Assembly (NCBI GenBank): GCA_017420755.1
Contig: JAFQOG010000016.1
Coordinates: forward strand, 5,768 to 69,767
Direction: 5' to 3'
Length of the DNA stretch: 64,000 nt
DNA from: Clostridia bacterium
GTDB lineage: Bacteria > Bacillota > Clostridia > Oscillospirales > CAG-272
Shown here: positions 39,304 to 48,465 of the stretch, piece by piece
Numbering within the stretch: the first letter of the stretch is position 1
Layout: each line of letters opens with the position of its first letter
The notes under the pieces: generated by a model
Database searches by the model: none
What the model was told of the DNA's origin: nothing
The model's input: only the letters and a program-made list of their open reading frames with translations
Program-made: the position numbers and the translations under genes

Positions 39304-40398
39304 ATGCAAAAGAAATTAAGAATTGGTATTATCGGTTGTGGAGGTATTGCTAATGGTAAGCATATGCCATCACTTAAAAAACAGCCCGAGGTTGAAATGG
39401 TTGCTTTCTGTGACTTGATTGAGGAAAGAGCTACTGAGGCTGCAAAAAGATATGGTACACCAGACGCAAAGGTTTATACTGATTACAGAGAGCTACTAAA
39501 GGACACAACAATTGATGTTGTTCATGTATGTACTCCAAATATCAGCCATAGCTTCATCACAGTTGACGCTCTTGAGGCTGGTAAGCATGTAATGTGCGAA
39601 AAGCCAATGGCTATAAACGCAGCAGAGGCTAAGAAGATGGTTGACGCTGCAAAGAGAACAGGTAAGCTACTCACAATTGGCTACCAAAACAGACAAAGAC
39701 TTGACTCTAAGTATCTTAAGGCAGAGGCAGAGGCTGGCGTATTCGGCGATATTTACTACGCTAAGGCAACAGCTCTTCGTCGTCGTGCAGTTCCTACATG
39801 GGGCGTATTCATTAAGGAAGAGGAGCAGGGTGGCGGTCCACTTATCGATATCGGTACACACGCTCTTGACCTAACTCTTTGGACAATGGACAACTACAAG
39901 CCAAAATACTGTGTAGGCACTACATATCATAAGCTTAACAACCAAACCGAGAGCGCAAATGTATTCGGTCAATGGAAGCCGGAGGAATTCACAGTTGAGG
40001 ATAGCGCATTCGGCTTTATCGTTATGGAAAATGGCGCAACAATCGTTCTCGAGTCCTCATGGGCTATCAACATGACAGAAACCAAGGAGGCTTGCACCAC
40101 AATTTGTGGTACAGAGGCTGGCGCTAAGATGGTTGATCAAGGCATACTTGAAATCAATGGCGTTAAGCATAACACAATGTACGAAACTCGTCCAAACCTT
40201 GATGGTAAGGGCGTTGCATTCTACGATGCAGGCTCGTATGATGCAGGCGCAGAGGAAGCAAAGCAATGGATTCAAGCAATCCTTAATGGCACACAGCCAA
40301 CCGTTCTTCCTGAGCAAGCATATTGCGTAACTCAAATTCTTGAGGGTATCTATAAGTCAGCAGAAACAGGAAAGCCCTTCTACTTTGAAAATAATTAA
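39304..40398 (+). CDS. Gfo/Idh/MocA family oxidoreductase
   Basis: 'IGIIGCGGIA', 'HVMCEKP', 'GGGPLIDIGTH'. Confidence 0.93.
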   Translation: MQKKLRIGIIGCGGIANGKHMPSLKKQPEVEMVAFCDLIEERATEAAKRYGTPDAKVYTDYRELLKDTTIDVVHVCTPNISHSFITVDALEAGKHVMCEKPMAINAAEAKKMVDAAKRTGKLLTIGYQNRQRLDSKYLKAEAEAGVFGDIYYAKATALRRRAVPTWGVFIKEEEQGGGPLIDIGTHALDLTLWTMDNYKPKYCVGTTYHKLNNQTESANVFGQWKPEEFTVEDSAFGFIVMENGATIVLESSWAINMTETKEACTTICGTEAGAKMVDQGILEINGVKHNTMYETRPNLDGKGVAFYDAGSYDAGAEEAKQWIQAILNGTQPTVLPEQAYCVTQILEGIYKSAETGKPFYFENN

Positions 40399-40409
40399 GG
40401 AGCACTCAA

Positions 40410-41375
40410 ATGAAATTAAGCGTTCTTGCAAACCTTTATGGCAACTTGCCTCTTGATAAGGCACTTGAAAAAATTACATCTCTTGGTGTTCATACCGTAG
40501 AGATTGGAGCAGGCGGTTATCCCGGAAAGGATCACTGTAACCCTGCTGAGCTTCTTTCCGACGAGAAAAAGCTCGCTGAATTTGTTGCAACCTTCAAAAA
40601 ATACGATGTTGAAATCTGCGCGCTCGCTTGTCACGGAAACCCAATTCATCCTGACAAGGCTATTGCAAAGCAGTTCCACGACGATATGGTAAATGCAATT
40701 CTTCTCGCTGAAAAGATCGGCGTTGATACCATCGTTGGATTTTCCGGCTGTCCCGGCTCAGATCCTGATGCAAAGCGTCCTTCATGGGTAACCTGCCCTT
40801 GGCCTGACGATTTCCTTGCAACCCTTGAATATCAATGGGAAATTATGATTGCTTATTGGAAGGAAATGACAGCATTCGCAAAGGCTCACGGCGTTACAAA
40901 GATTGCTCTTGAAATGCACCCGGGCTTCTGCGTATATAACCCCGAAACCCTCTTGAAGCTTCGTAAAGAGGTTGGCGATGTTATCGGTGCAAACCTTGAC
41001 CCATCACACCTAATTTGGCAAGGAATTAACCCTGTTATTGCTGCTCGCAATCTCGCTGGCGCTATCTATCATGTACACGCAAAGGATACAAGAATAGATA
41101 ACTTCAATACCGAGGCAAATGGCGTGCTTGATACAAAGCACTATGGCGACGAAATTAACAGAGCTTGGATATTCCGTACCGTTGGCTATGGTCATGGTGA
41201 GGATTATTGGAGAGATTTCGTTTCAGCACTTCGCCTAGTAGGCTATGACAAGGTTCTCTCAATCGAGCATGAGGATAGCCTCATGACAACCGACGAGGGT
41301 CTGTGCAAGGCTATCGAGGTTCTTAATAGAGTAATGATTAAGGAAGAAAAGCCCTGTGGAATGCGTTGGGCATAA
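40410..41375 (+). CDS. Sugar phosphate isomerase/epimerase (AP endonuclease 2 TIM barrel)
   Basis: 'ALEMHPG', 'NLDPSHL', 'HVHAKD', 'LSIEHED'. Confidence 0.9.
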   Translation: MKLSVLANLYGNLPLDKALEKITSLGVHTVEIGAGGYPGKDHCNPAELLSDEKKLAEFVATFKKYDVEICALACHGNPIHPDKAIAKQFHDDMVNAILLAEKIGVDTIVGFSGCPGSDPDAKRPSWVTCPWPDDFLATLEYQWEIMIAYWKEMTAFAKAHGVTKIALEMHPGFCVYNPETLLKLRKEVGDVIGANLDPSHLIWQGINPVIAARNLAGAIYHVHAKDTRIDNFNTEANGVLDTKHYGDEINRAWIFRTVGYGHGEDYWRDFVSALRLVGYDKVLSIEHEDSLMTTDEGLCKAIEVLNRVMIKEEKPCGMRWA

Positions 41376-41384
41376 TTAAAGCTA

Positions 41385-41416
41385 AAAAAGCCTCTTGCAC
41401 TCACAAGAGGCTTTTT
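41385..41416 (+). terminator. Intrinsic terminator
   Basis: AAAAAGCCTCTTG-cactca-CAAGAGGCTTTTT. Confidence 0.85.
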
Positions 41417-41425
41417 GATAAAAGT

Positions 41426-41465
41426 AACTAAAAATTTAAAAATTGTTAAATTTAAAAATTCAAAT
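41426..41465. repeat. Degenerate 8-bp-period AT minisatellite (5 units, consensus ATTTAAAA)
   Basis: aactaaaa|atttaaaa|attgttaa|atttaaaa|attcaaat. Confidence 0.6.
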
Positions 41466-41468
41466 AAT

Positions 41469-41504
41469 ATCAAAAAAGCGGTTTGTTAAAACCGCTTTTT
41501 TGAT
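41469..41504 (-). terminator. Intrinsic terminator for the M23 gene
   Basis: ATCAAAAAAGCGGTTT-gtta-AAACCGCTTTTTTGAT. Confidence 0.85.
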
Positions 41505-41532
41505 TTAAGGTAACTAAAAATGGCTTACTTTT

Positions 41533-42195
41533 TTAGTTGCTTTCGGACGAAGATTCGCTCTCGGTGCTATCCTCGACAATGTCCTTGGTTGGAAATTTAA
41601 TATGGTCCTTAGGATCAACATTCTTTCCCTTTACGGTCATTTCATAGTGCAAATGAGGCTCTTGTGCAATCTCATTCATAGCTGTTTCACCAACTGTTCC
41701 AATCACATCGCCAGCCTTTACCGCACAACCGATAACGATTCCGTCACCAACCTCTTTTTCAAGGTTTTTGTAAATGCTAACCGCATTTCCGGAATGCTCA
41801 ATAGAAATGCAAGTACCCATAAATGGATCTTCCCAAACATTTGTAACAGTTCCATCGGCTACTGCCATAACCTCAGAGCCAAGCTCTGCTACTACATCAA
41901 CTCCCATATGAGTACGCCAGTCATTCATAGTAGGAGAAAAAACGGGAACACTATCACTGAAATCAAAGCTGATTTCTCCATCAACAGGAACGGAGAATTC
42001 CGGCAAAACATCTGTTTCAGAGATTGTAGGACCTGTTTGTGACTCAGTATCAGTTGATGAAGAGTCAATTGTAGGATCGCTAGCACTTTGTCTTGCAACC
42101 ACCGCTGCAATAATCAAAATTGTAACAATCGCCAATACAACCGCTAATGTGAGATAAAAAACTCTCGTATTTTTCTTGTTTTCGTTTTCTTCCAT
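41533..42195 (-). CDS. SpoIIQ-like membrane-anchored M23 peptidase
   Basis: N-terminal TM; 'WRTHMGVD', 'HLHYE'; upstream GCATA-N18-AATAATA (42256-42227) resembles a sigmaF/G promoter. Confidence 0.78.
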   Translation of the reverse strand: MEENENKKNTRVFYLTLAVVLAIVTILIIAAVVARQSASDPTIDSSSTDTESQTGPTISETDVLPEFSVPVDGEISFDFSDSVPVFSPTMNDWRTHMGVDVVAELGSEVMAVADGTVTNVWEDPFMGTCISIEHSGNAVSIYKNLEKEVGDGIVIGCAVKAGDVIGTVGETAMNEIAQEPHLHYEMTVKGKNVDPKDHIKFPTKDIVEDSTESESSSESN

Positions 42196-42368
42196 AATAT
42201 CTTTTCCTTTCAAATTTTTACAACCATATTATTGAGCAATAAAAAACTCTTTATGCAAAAAAACGCAAAAAACAAAAAATCATCCTTGGTAGCACTTGAA
42301 ATCATTGACAATAAGTAATATTTATGATATTATATAAGATAAGAAAACTTTATTTAAAGGAGAGAATT

Positions 42369-42992
42369 ATGATTAAAATTGAAAAAGTCTCTGTTATGAA
42401 CTTCGAAAACGCTATAAGAGGAGCTCGTAACCCCTTGAATTCATGGGCAAAAAGCGATAGCTATTATAATGAAAACGGAGAATATGTTCTCGGAGAAAAC
42501 GACCTATCGCTCGCTATTCGACTTGCAAAGGCAGGAAGCGATCACAGAAAGTATCTAAGACAAATTTTCGTAAGCGTCGATATTACAGCACCTCTTTATT
42601 GGTGGAAGGAATACGACACCTACAAGGTTGCAACGGTTGCAAATTCTACCTCAACCATGCATAAAATCCACTCAAAGCCATTTGAGCGCGATGATTTCAG
42701 CCATGATAGAATGAGCGCTGATGCACTAAGAGTTCTTGATATCACAATCGAATATCTTGAGAGCGCACGCCAAAGATTTATCGAAACAAAGGATAAGCAA
42801 CATTGGCACGATATGATACAGCTTCTTCCATCAAGCTATAATCAAATGAGAACATGTACTCTCAACTACGAAACATTAATAAACATTTACTATGCAAGAC
42901 GCACTCATAAGCTCGCAGAATGGCATACAATGTGTGATTGGATAATGTCACTACCATACGCAAAAGAGCTTATTGCGGTAAAAGAAGACTAA
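42369..42992 (+). CDS. Hypothetical protein, divergent ThyX (flavin-dependent thymidylate synthase)-like
   Basis: 'GSDHRKYLRQI.V.VDITAPLYWWKEYDTYK...NSTSTMH', 'QLLPSSY', 'NY', 'RRTHKL.EW' parallel the ThyX layout but lack RHR-x7-SxR. Confidence 0.6.
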   Translation: MIKIEKVSVMNFENAIRGARNPLNSWAKSDSYYNENGEYVLGENDLSLAIRLAKAGSDHRKYLRQIFVSVDITAPLYWWKEYDTYKVATVANSTSTMHKIHSKPFERDDFSHDRMSADALRVLDITIEYLESARQRFIETKDKQHWHDMIQLLPSSYNQMRTCTLNYETLINIYYARRTHKLAEWHTMCDWIMSLPYAKELIAVKED

Positions 42993-44188
42993 TGATAGAA
43001 AAGCTAATTAAGGACTATGCTCACCCTGAAAAGCCCGAGGTTAGAGTAAGAGTAGGACGCTTTGCGGGCTTTGTTGGCATAATCTTGAATACACTTTTGT
43101 TTGGCATTAAAATAGTGCTAGGACTTTTGTTTGGTAGCGCATCAATAATCGCCGATTCTATTAATAACCTAACGGATGCTGGCTCAAATGTGCTAACCGT
43201 GGTCGGTTATACCATGATAGGCAAGCCGGCTGATAAGGATCACCCTTATGGTCATGCGCGCATGGAATACCTTTCCTCACTTTTTATATCAATTATCGTA
43301 ATGATACTTGGTATCGAAATGCTGACAACCTCAATCGATAAAATAATCACACCTACTGCAAGCGAAAAATACGATACAATCGCAATAATCATAATCGCAT
43401 CTACGATTTTAGTAAAGCTCGTAATGTCTCTGTTTTTCCGCAAGCTAGGAAGGCATATAAGCTCCGATACATTAAAGGCAGCCTTTGCCGATAGCATAAG
43501 CGATGTAATCGCAACCTCGGCAGTTGTAGCAGGCATGATTTTAACTCCTGTTATAGGCCCATATACTGATGGTATTATAGGCTGTGTTATTTCAGTATAT
43601 ATCACAATCATGGGTATAAAGCTTGTAATAGAGGCATCAAATACCCTAATAGGAAAAGCCCCCGACACAAGCTTTATCACAGAATTAACCCATAAAATAA
43701 GAGAATACGATGGCGTTTTGGGAATTCATGACCTAGTTGTTCATTCATATGGCGCGGGCAAAACCTTTGTAAGCGCACATGTAGAGGTTGATTCGGCAAC
43801 GGATGTCCTTATAAGTCATGATATGGTTGATGCAATCGAGGCTGATATTTTGGAGCAAATGGGTGTCAATTTGGTCATTCATATGGATCCTATTTGCACA
43901 ACAGATCCCGAAACTAATATGCTAAGAGAAAAAACTCTTAACATAATTCAAAATATTTCCTCAGAGTATTCAAGCCCTATATCAATGCACGATTTTAGAG
44001 TTGTAAAGGGCTTTTGCTCGCAAACAAAAATCCTTTTTGATGTAAATATATCAAATGAAATGCCTCTGTCAAACGAACAGTTATATAAAGAAATTTATGA
44101 CAGAATAAAGAAAATAAATCCTCTTTTTGTATTGATTTTGACAATAGATAGAGATTACTTTTCACAAAGATACGAGGATGAAAATTAA
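42992..44188 (+). CDS. Cation diffusion facilitator family transporter
   Basis: 'ADSINNLTD', 'KPADKDHPYGHARMEY', 'IHDLVVHSYG', 'HVEVD'; TAATG coupling. Confidence 0.92.
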   Translation: MIEKLIKDYAHPEKPEVRVRVGRFAGFVGIILNTLLFGIKIVLGLLFGSASIIADSINNLTDAGSNVLTVVGYTMIGKPADKDHPYGHARMEYLSSLFISIIVMILGIEMLTTSIDKIITPTASEKYDTIAIIIIASTILVKLVMSLFFRKLGRHISSDTLKAAFADSISDVIATSAVVAGMILTPVIGPYTDGIIGCVISVYITIMGIKLVIEASNTLIGKAPDTSFITELTHKIREYDGVLGIHDLVVHSYGAGKTFVSAHVEVDSATDVLISHDMVDAIEADILEQMGVNLVIHMDPICTTDPETNMLREKTLNIIQNISSEYSSPISMHDFRVVKGFCSQTKILFDVNISNEMPLSNEQLYKEIYDRIKKINPLFVLILTIDRDYFSQRYEDEN

Positions 44189-44198
44189 AGGAAGCCTT

Positions 44199-46316
44199 AT
44201 GAAAAGAAAATTATTGCTTTTGTTTTTCATTTGTATTGTCACCCTTGCATTATCAATTTGTGTAAGTGGTGCTCAGCTCAATCTTAGAGTAGAGCTAGAC
44301 GATGGCACAGTTGTTTCCCCAATTGACGATACTGTATATCTGCCCTCATACGCAGATATAACAAGCCTTAAAATAAGCTTTTTGACAGGCTTTAAAAACA
44401 TTACCTTGAATGGTGTTGCCGTTAAAAGTGGAGATGAAATAAACATTTCCTCTCTAAAAAAGGTAAATCAAACGGATAGAGTTGAGTACTATGAGCTTAA
44501 TTTTAGAGCCGAGGACGCAAATAACCCCGAATATAATATTAAGCTCTATAAGGCAAACAATCTAAATAGCCTTCATATTACAACCTCGATTGGCAGAGAT
44601 CAGCTAACAAATGATGTTAAGGACGAGGGCGCATCTGTAAGACTCGTAAATAAAAACGCTCAGGTGATTTTCCAAAAGCAAGCAACGGTAAAAACAAGAG
44701 GAAATTCAACTGATACATATCTTAAAAAGCCATTTCAGGTGAAGTTTGATAAGGGCTTTGATGTTATGGGAATGGGCAAGGCTAAAACATGGCTACTTTT
44801 GGCAGATTACCTTGACCAAAGCTATATGAGAAACGCACTTATGTATAAGCTCGCAAAGGATCTTGGAATGGGTGCGTGCGACTACACAAGCGTTGATGTT
44901 TTTATAGATGGCGCATATCAAGGCGTATATTTGCTTTGCGAAAAGGTAAACATTAACGCAAACAGAGTAAATATAGCAGAGCTGGAAAAGCAAAATGATG
45001 CATTAAATCAGCAATATTCAACTAAAACAACAACCATAACCGATAATAGCGCGCCTCTTATTTCGGAAACCGCTATTACCGAATATAAATATGTAAACGA
45101 CATTGTAAATCCAACTGATATTACAGGTGGATACCTTGTTGAGCTTGATAATAATAACAAGGATAATCGTTCAAAATTTGATAGCTACTTTATGGTTAAA
45201 ACCTCTTTTGGCGAGAATTTGTATGTAATACAATCTCCCGAAAAATGCTCAAAGGAGCAGGTTGAATATATTGCAAGGCTCTTTGCCGAAATGGAAGAGG
45301 CTATGGCGAACGCCGATGGCAAAAATTCGCAAGGAAAGCACTATACCGAGTACATAGACATGGATAGCTTTGCAGTGGCTTATATCATGGCAGAGCTCGG
45401 CAGAAACTATGACGCGGGAAGCGCAAGCATATATTTCAATAAGGATATCGACAAAAACGGAGAGGTTTCTAAAATCGTAAAGGGACCACTTTGGGATTGC
45501 GATAATACTTTGGGAAACATTCATAGAAACAATGCTGAGGATCAAAAGTCAATGTGGGCGAAAAATCGCACCCCTTGGAATATGCTCACAAACCACGATG
45601 ATTTTAACGCAAGCGTTAAGAAGCATTTTGAAAAAGCATACGATTTGATATATGATATGCTCGATAAGGACGGATTTATCGATAAGCAAATTGAAACACT
45701 TGGCTATTCTGCGATAATGGACAGAGAGCGTTGGAACCAAGCTGATTCAAATGCTTGGCCACGCTACGAGGATGGCTCGCTTCATTGGTTTCAATCTAAT
45801 GGGGACGCATTCCCGACATATGCTGTTTATACTGATTATGTAAATAGTACCCAATTCACAGCAGTAGGTTATCTTGCTTGTATGCTTAAAACAAGATGCG
45901 ACTATCTTGTAAGCACATGGGGCTGTGATGTAGAGCCAAGGACGAGAACGCTTAATACAAAGCCCTCGCCACTCGACGAAACGGTTGATATGACACCCAT
46001 TTTGCCAAATCAACCACCCGTGCAGACCAATCCCGGACAAGGTACAGAGCAACCACCCGATACCAATCTTGTACCGGAGCCACAGGTTGATAACGACGGC
46101 TTTTCAACAGAAGCTATTATAACGCTTGTGGTGATTGGAGCTATTGCGGCAATCTCAATAGTGTTGCCTATTATTCTAAAAAAGAAAAAGGCAAATAAAG
46201 CCCCACAATCACACTCCAAGGAGCAAACAACACCTCAACAAGAGCCTACAAGCCCAACAGAAGAGCAACCAGCTCCAAGTAGCACAGAAGCTCCCGAGGA
46301 TAAGGGCGAAAATTAA
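44199..46316 (+). CDS. CotH kinase family protein, secreted and C-terminally membrane anchored
   Basis: Signal peptide; 'KTRGNST', 'KKPF', 'WLLLADYLD.SYMRN', 'YQGVYLLCEK', 'YID', 'N.D', 'GPLWDCD'; Pro-rich linker, TM plus KKKK. Confidence 0.88.
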   Translation: MKRKLLLLFFICIVTLALSICVSGAQLNLRVELDDGTVVSPIDDTVYLPSYADITSLKISFLTGFKNITLNGVAVKSGDEINISSLKKVNQTDRVEYYELNFRAEDANNPEYNIKLYKANNLNSLHITTSIGRDQLTNDVKDEGASVRLVNKNAQVIFQKQATVKTRGNSTDTYLKKPFQVKFDKGFDVMGMGKAKTWLLLADYLDQSYMRNALMYKLAKDLGMGACDYTSVDVFIDGAYQGVYLLCEKVNINANRVNIAELEKQNDALNQQYSTKTTTITDNSAPLISETAITEYKYVNDIVNPTDITGGYLVELDNNNKDNRSKFDSYFMVKTSFGENLYVIQSPEKCSKEQVEYIARLFAEMEEAMANADGKNSQGKHYTEYIDMDSFAVAYIMAELGRNYDAGSASIYFNKDIDKNGEVSKIVKGPLWDCDNTLGNIHRNNAEDQKSMWAKNRTPWNMLTNHDDFNASVKKHFEKAYDLIYDMLDKDGFIDKQIETLGYSAIMDRERWNQADSNAWPRYEDGSLHWFQSNGDAFPTYAVYTDYVNSTQFTAVGYLACMLKTRCDYLVSTWGCDVEPRTRTLNTKPSPLDETVDMTPILPNQPPVQTNPGQGTEQPPDTNLVPEPQVDNDGFSTEAIITLVVIGAIAAISIVLPIILKKKKANKAPQSHSKEQTTPQQEPTSPTEEQPAPSSTEAPEDKGEN

Positions 46317-46323
46317 AACACAA

Positions 46324-46349
46324 AAGGCAAGAGCATAGCTCTTGCCTTT
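46324..46349. terminator. Bidirectional intrinsic terminator
   Basis: AAAGGCAAGAGC-ata-GCTCTTGCCTTT. Confidence 0.8.
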
Positions 46350-46353
46350 AATT

Positions 46354-48363
46354 TTATAGCTTAATATTAAGCCACTCTCCCTTTTTAATTGGATATTTTT
46401 TATCACCAACAATAAGAGTACCACCATCAATATCGGCAAAAACGCAAACCTCGCTTTTGCTTACCTTGACATGAATTTCTGAGCTTGGAGTAGGAACGCA
46501 TCCCTCGAATTCAGTAAAGCACATAAGGTTGGGCCTTACCTCAAAGGTAGAATATCCGGCGCCTGTTGGCTTAACGCCAAGAGCATATTTGCCAAGCAGA
46601 TAAATTGGCGAAGCGCCCCATGCGTGACATAGGCTCTTTTCGTATTTTCCACCATACATCTCGTAGTGCTCAATTCCACTCTTAGTAGGGTCAAATTCTT
46701 CCCAAACAGTAGTAGCACCTAGCTCGAGCATGCCACCCCAATAGCTGTGTAGCATATCCGTCATGTACTTGAAGTCACCTAAGCGACACATAGCATCAAG
46801 CTCGAAAAACTCAAAATAAGGAGTTGTAATTTTCGTGATTTTGTTGTTATAAATTACATTTTTTACAATGCTTTCCTTGCGTGCATCGCTTGTGTAATCA
46901 AAGAGAAGAGCAAAGATATTTGCGTGGCGAGTTACATTATTTTTGCCGGATTTATAATCGTCAATAAATGCGCCCTTTTCCTCGCACCAATATTTTTGAT
47001 TTATTTGAGCTATCATGTATTTTACTTGACGCTCACACCTTGCTTGCATCTTGTCATCTCCACATAGCTTAGCGCACATGCCAAGGCACTCATACGCACG
47101 ACAAAGAAGCATTTGCTCAGCACACATAGGGCCATTTGAATCAAAGGTGGACCAGTCAATAAATACCCAATCATCAGGCAATCTCACATACATTCCATCG
47201 TCGCCAAGACGCTTTTCAACAAACGCCCAAACATCAAGCATATCGGGATAAATATCGCTTATAAAGTCAATATCTCCTGTGTGGAAATAGTATTCCCAAA
47301 TGCCAATAAACCAATAAAAAGTGTAGTCACAAATGGTATTCATGTGCTTTGTGATAGGATCAGCACCACGCAAAATTCTGGTTGTACGCTTTACTATATC
47401 ATTGTTATTTGCAAGATAATAGTTCACAAAATAGCTTTGATATGCGTCACCGCCCCAAACCCATCTATCACGCTTGATTCCGTCAAAAAATCCCTCTCTT
47501 GAGTTGAGAAGCATTGTGTATTCACACACTCTCCAAAGCTTGTTTATCATCTCATCGTTGCATCTAAAAGCGCCTCTTGTCTGTAATGGCAAATACTCAA
47601 AATCGACAAAAAGCTCGCATATGTGGCTGAATTTAGGTATAAAAATATATCTAAACGCACAGGAGCTAGAGGTGAATGAGCCATTTTCAAGAACAGCGTT
47701 TACAACGCAGTTTGCCATTTCATAGTCGATTGCTTCCTCGTAAGACTCTCCAAGAGATAAAAGTAGCTCATCGTAGTCTTTTGGCACACCAGAAATAGTT
47801 ATTTTTCCAAAAATTTCCTTGCCAAAATCATATAAAACGCCACCTTTTTCGCATTTAACACTCACAGGCTCGACTTTTTTATATGAAAATTTAAAAATTT
47901 CGGGATTATCATTTACATCAGAGTAAAGCTCGCTATCTCCTGCGTGTCGTCCTGCCTTGTCGTCATTTTCACACACAACCCAGCTTCTGTCAGTTGCAAA
48001 CACATTGCCTGTGCAATAGAAGGCGGGGAAGCCATCAGCCTTGAAGCCGGAAACTGTTACCCTGTGTCGCCCTACGCCAAGCTCGATTTTTGAATTTGGT
48101 GGATAAGTAATATTATCAACGCAAATACAGGAGTCGGGAGTGTTAGAAAAAAATTCGATTACCTCGCTCTCGAAAATTTCTGCTTCTTTTGTTAAAATTG
48201 CATTGTGTCGAGGGCCATCAACTCTCCACATGGGATGATAAAAAATTGACCTTGTGTCGCTATTTTTACCATTTTTATAGGTTTTTGCATGTGTGCGTCT
48301 ATTGTGTAATAGCATACCGTGATATAGCTCAAGGCTACCGGGATACCAAATCCATTTTGCCAT
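46354..48363 (-). CDS. Alpha-L-rhamnosidase-like glycoside hydrolase (GH78)
   Basis: 'YDFGKE', 'DGIKRDRWVWGGD', 'FIDW', 'GATTVWE', 'SLCHAWGASP'. Confidence 0.88.
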   Translation of the reverse strand: MAKWIWYPGSLELYHGMLLHNRRTHAKTYKNGKNSDTRSIFYHPMWRVDGPRHNAILTKEAEIFESEVIEFFSNTPDSCICVDNITYPPNSKIELGVGRHRVTVSGFKADGFPAFYCTGNVFATDRSWVVCENDDKAGRHAGDSELYSDVNDNPEIFKFSYKKVEPVSVKCEKGGVLYDFGKEIFGKITISGVPKDYDELLLSLGESYEEAIDYEMANCVVNAVLENGSFTSSSCAFRYIFIPKFSHICELFVDFEYLPLQTRGAFRCNDEMINKLWRVCEYTMLLNSREGFFDGIKRDRWVWGGDAYQSYFVNYYLANNNDIVKRTTRILRGADPITKHMNTICDYTFYWFIGIWEYYFHTGDIDFISDIYPDMLDVWAFVEKRLGDDGMYVRLPDDWVFIDWSTFDSNGPMCAEQMLLCRAYECLGMCAKLCGDDKMQARCERQVKYMIAQINQKYWCEEKGAFIDDYKSGKNNVTRHANIFALLFDYTSDARKESIVKNVIYNNKITKITTPYFEFFELDAMCRLGDFKYMTDMLHSYWGGMLELGATTVWEEFDPTKSGIEHYEMYGGKYEKSLCHAWGASPIYLLGKYALGVKPTGAGYSTFEVRPNLMCFTEFEGCVPTPSSEIHVKVSKSEVCVFADIDGGTLIVGDKKYPIKKGEWLNIKL

Positions 48364-48433
48364 AACAAATCTCCTTTTAATTGCTTAAATTAATTTTATC
48401 ATATATTAGGGCGATTATCAATAGATATGCAAT

Positions 48434-48460
48434 AAAAAACACCTCGTAAGAGGTGTTTTT
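48434..48460 (-). terminator. Intrinsic terminator
   Basis: AAAAACACCTC-gtaa-GAGGTGTTTTT. Confidence 0.8.
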
Positions 48461-48465
48461 ATCAT

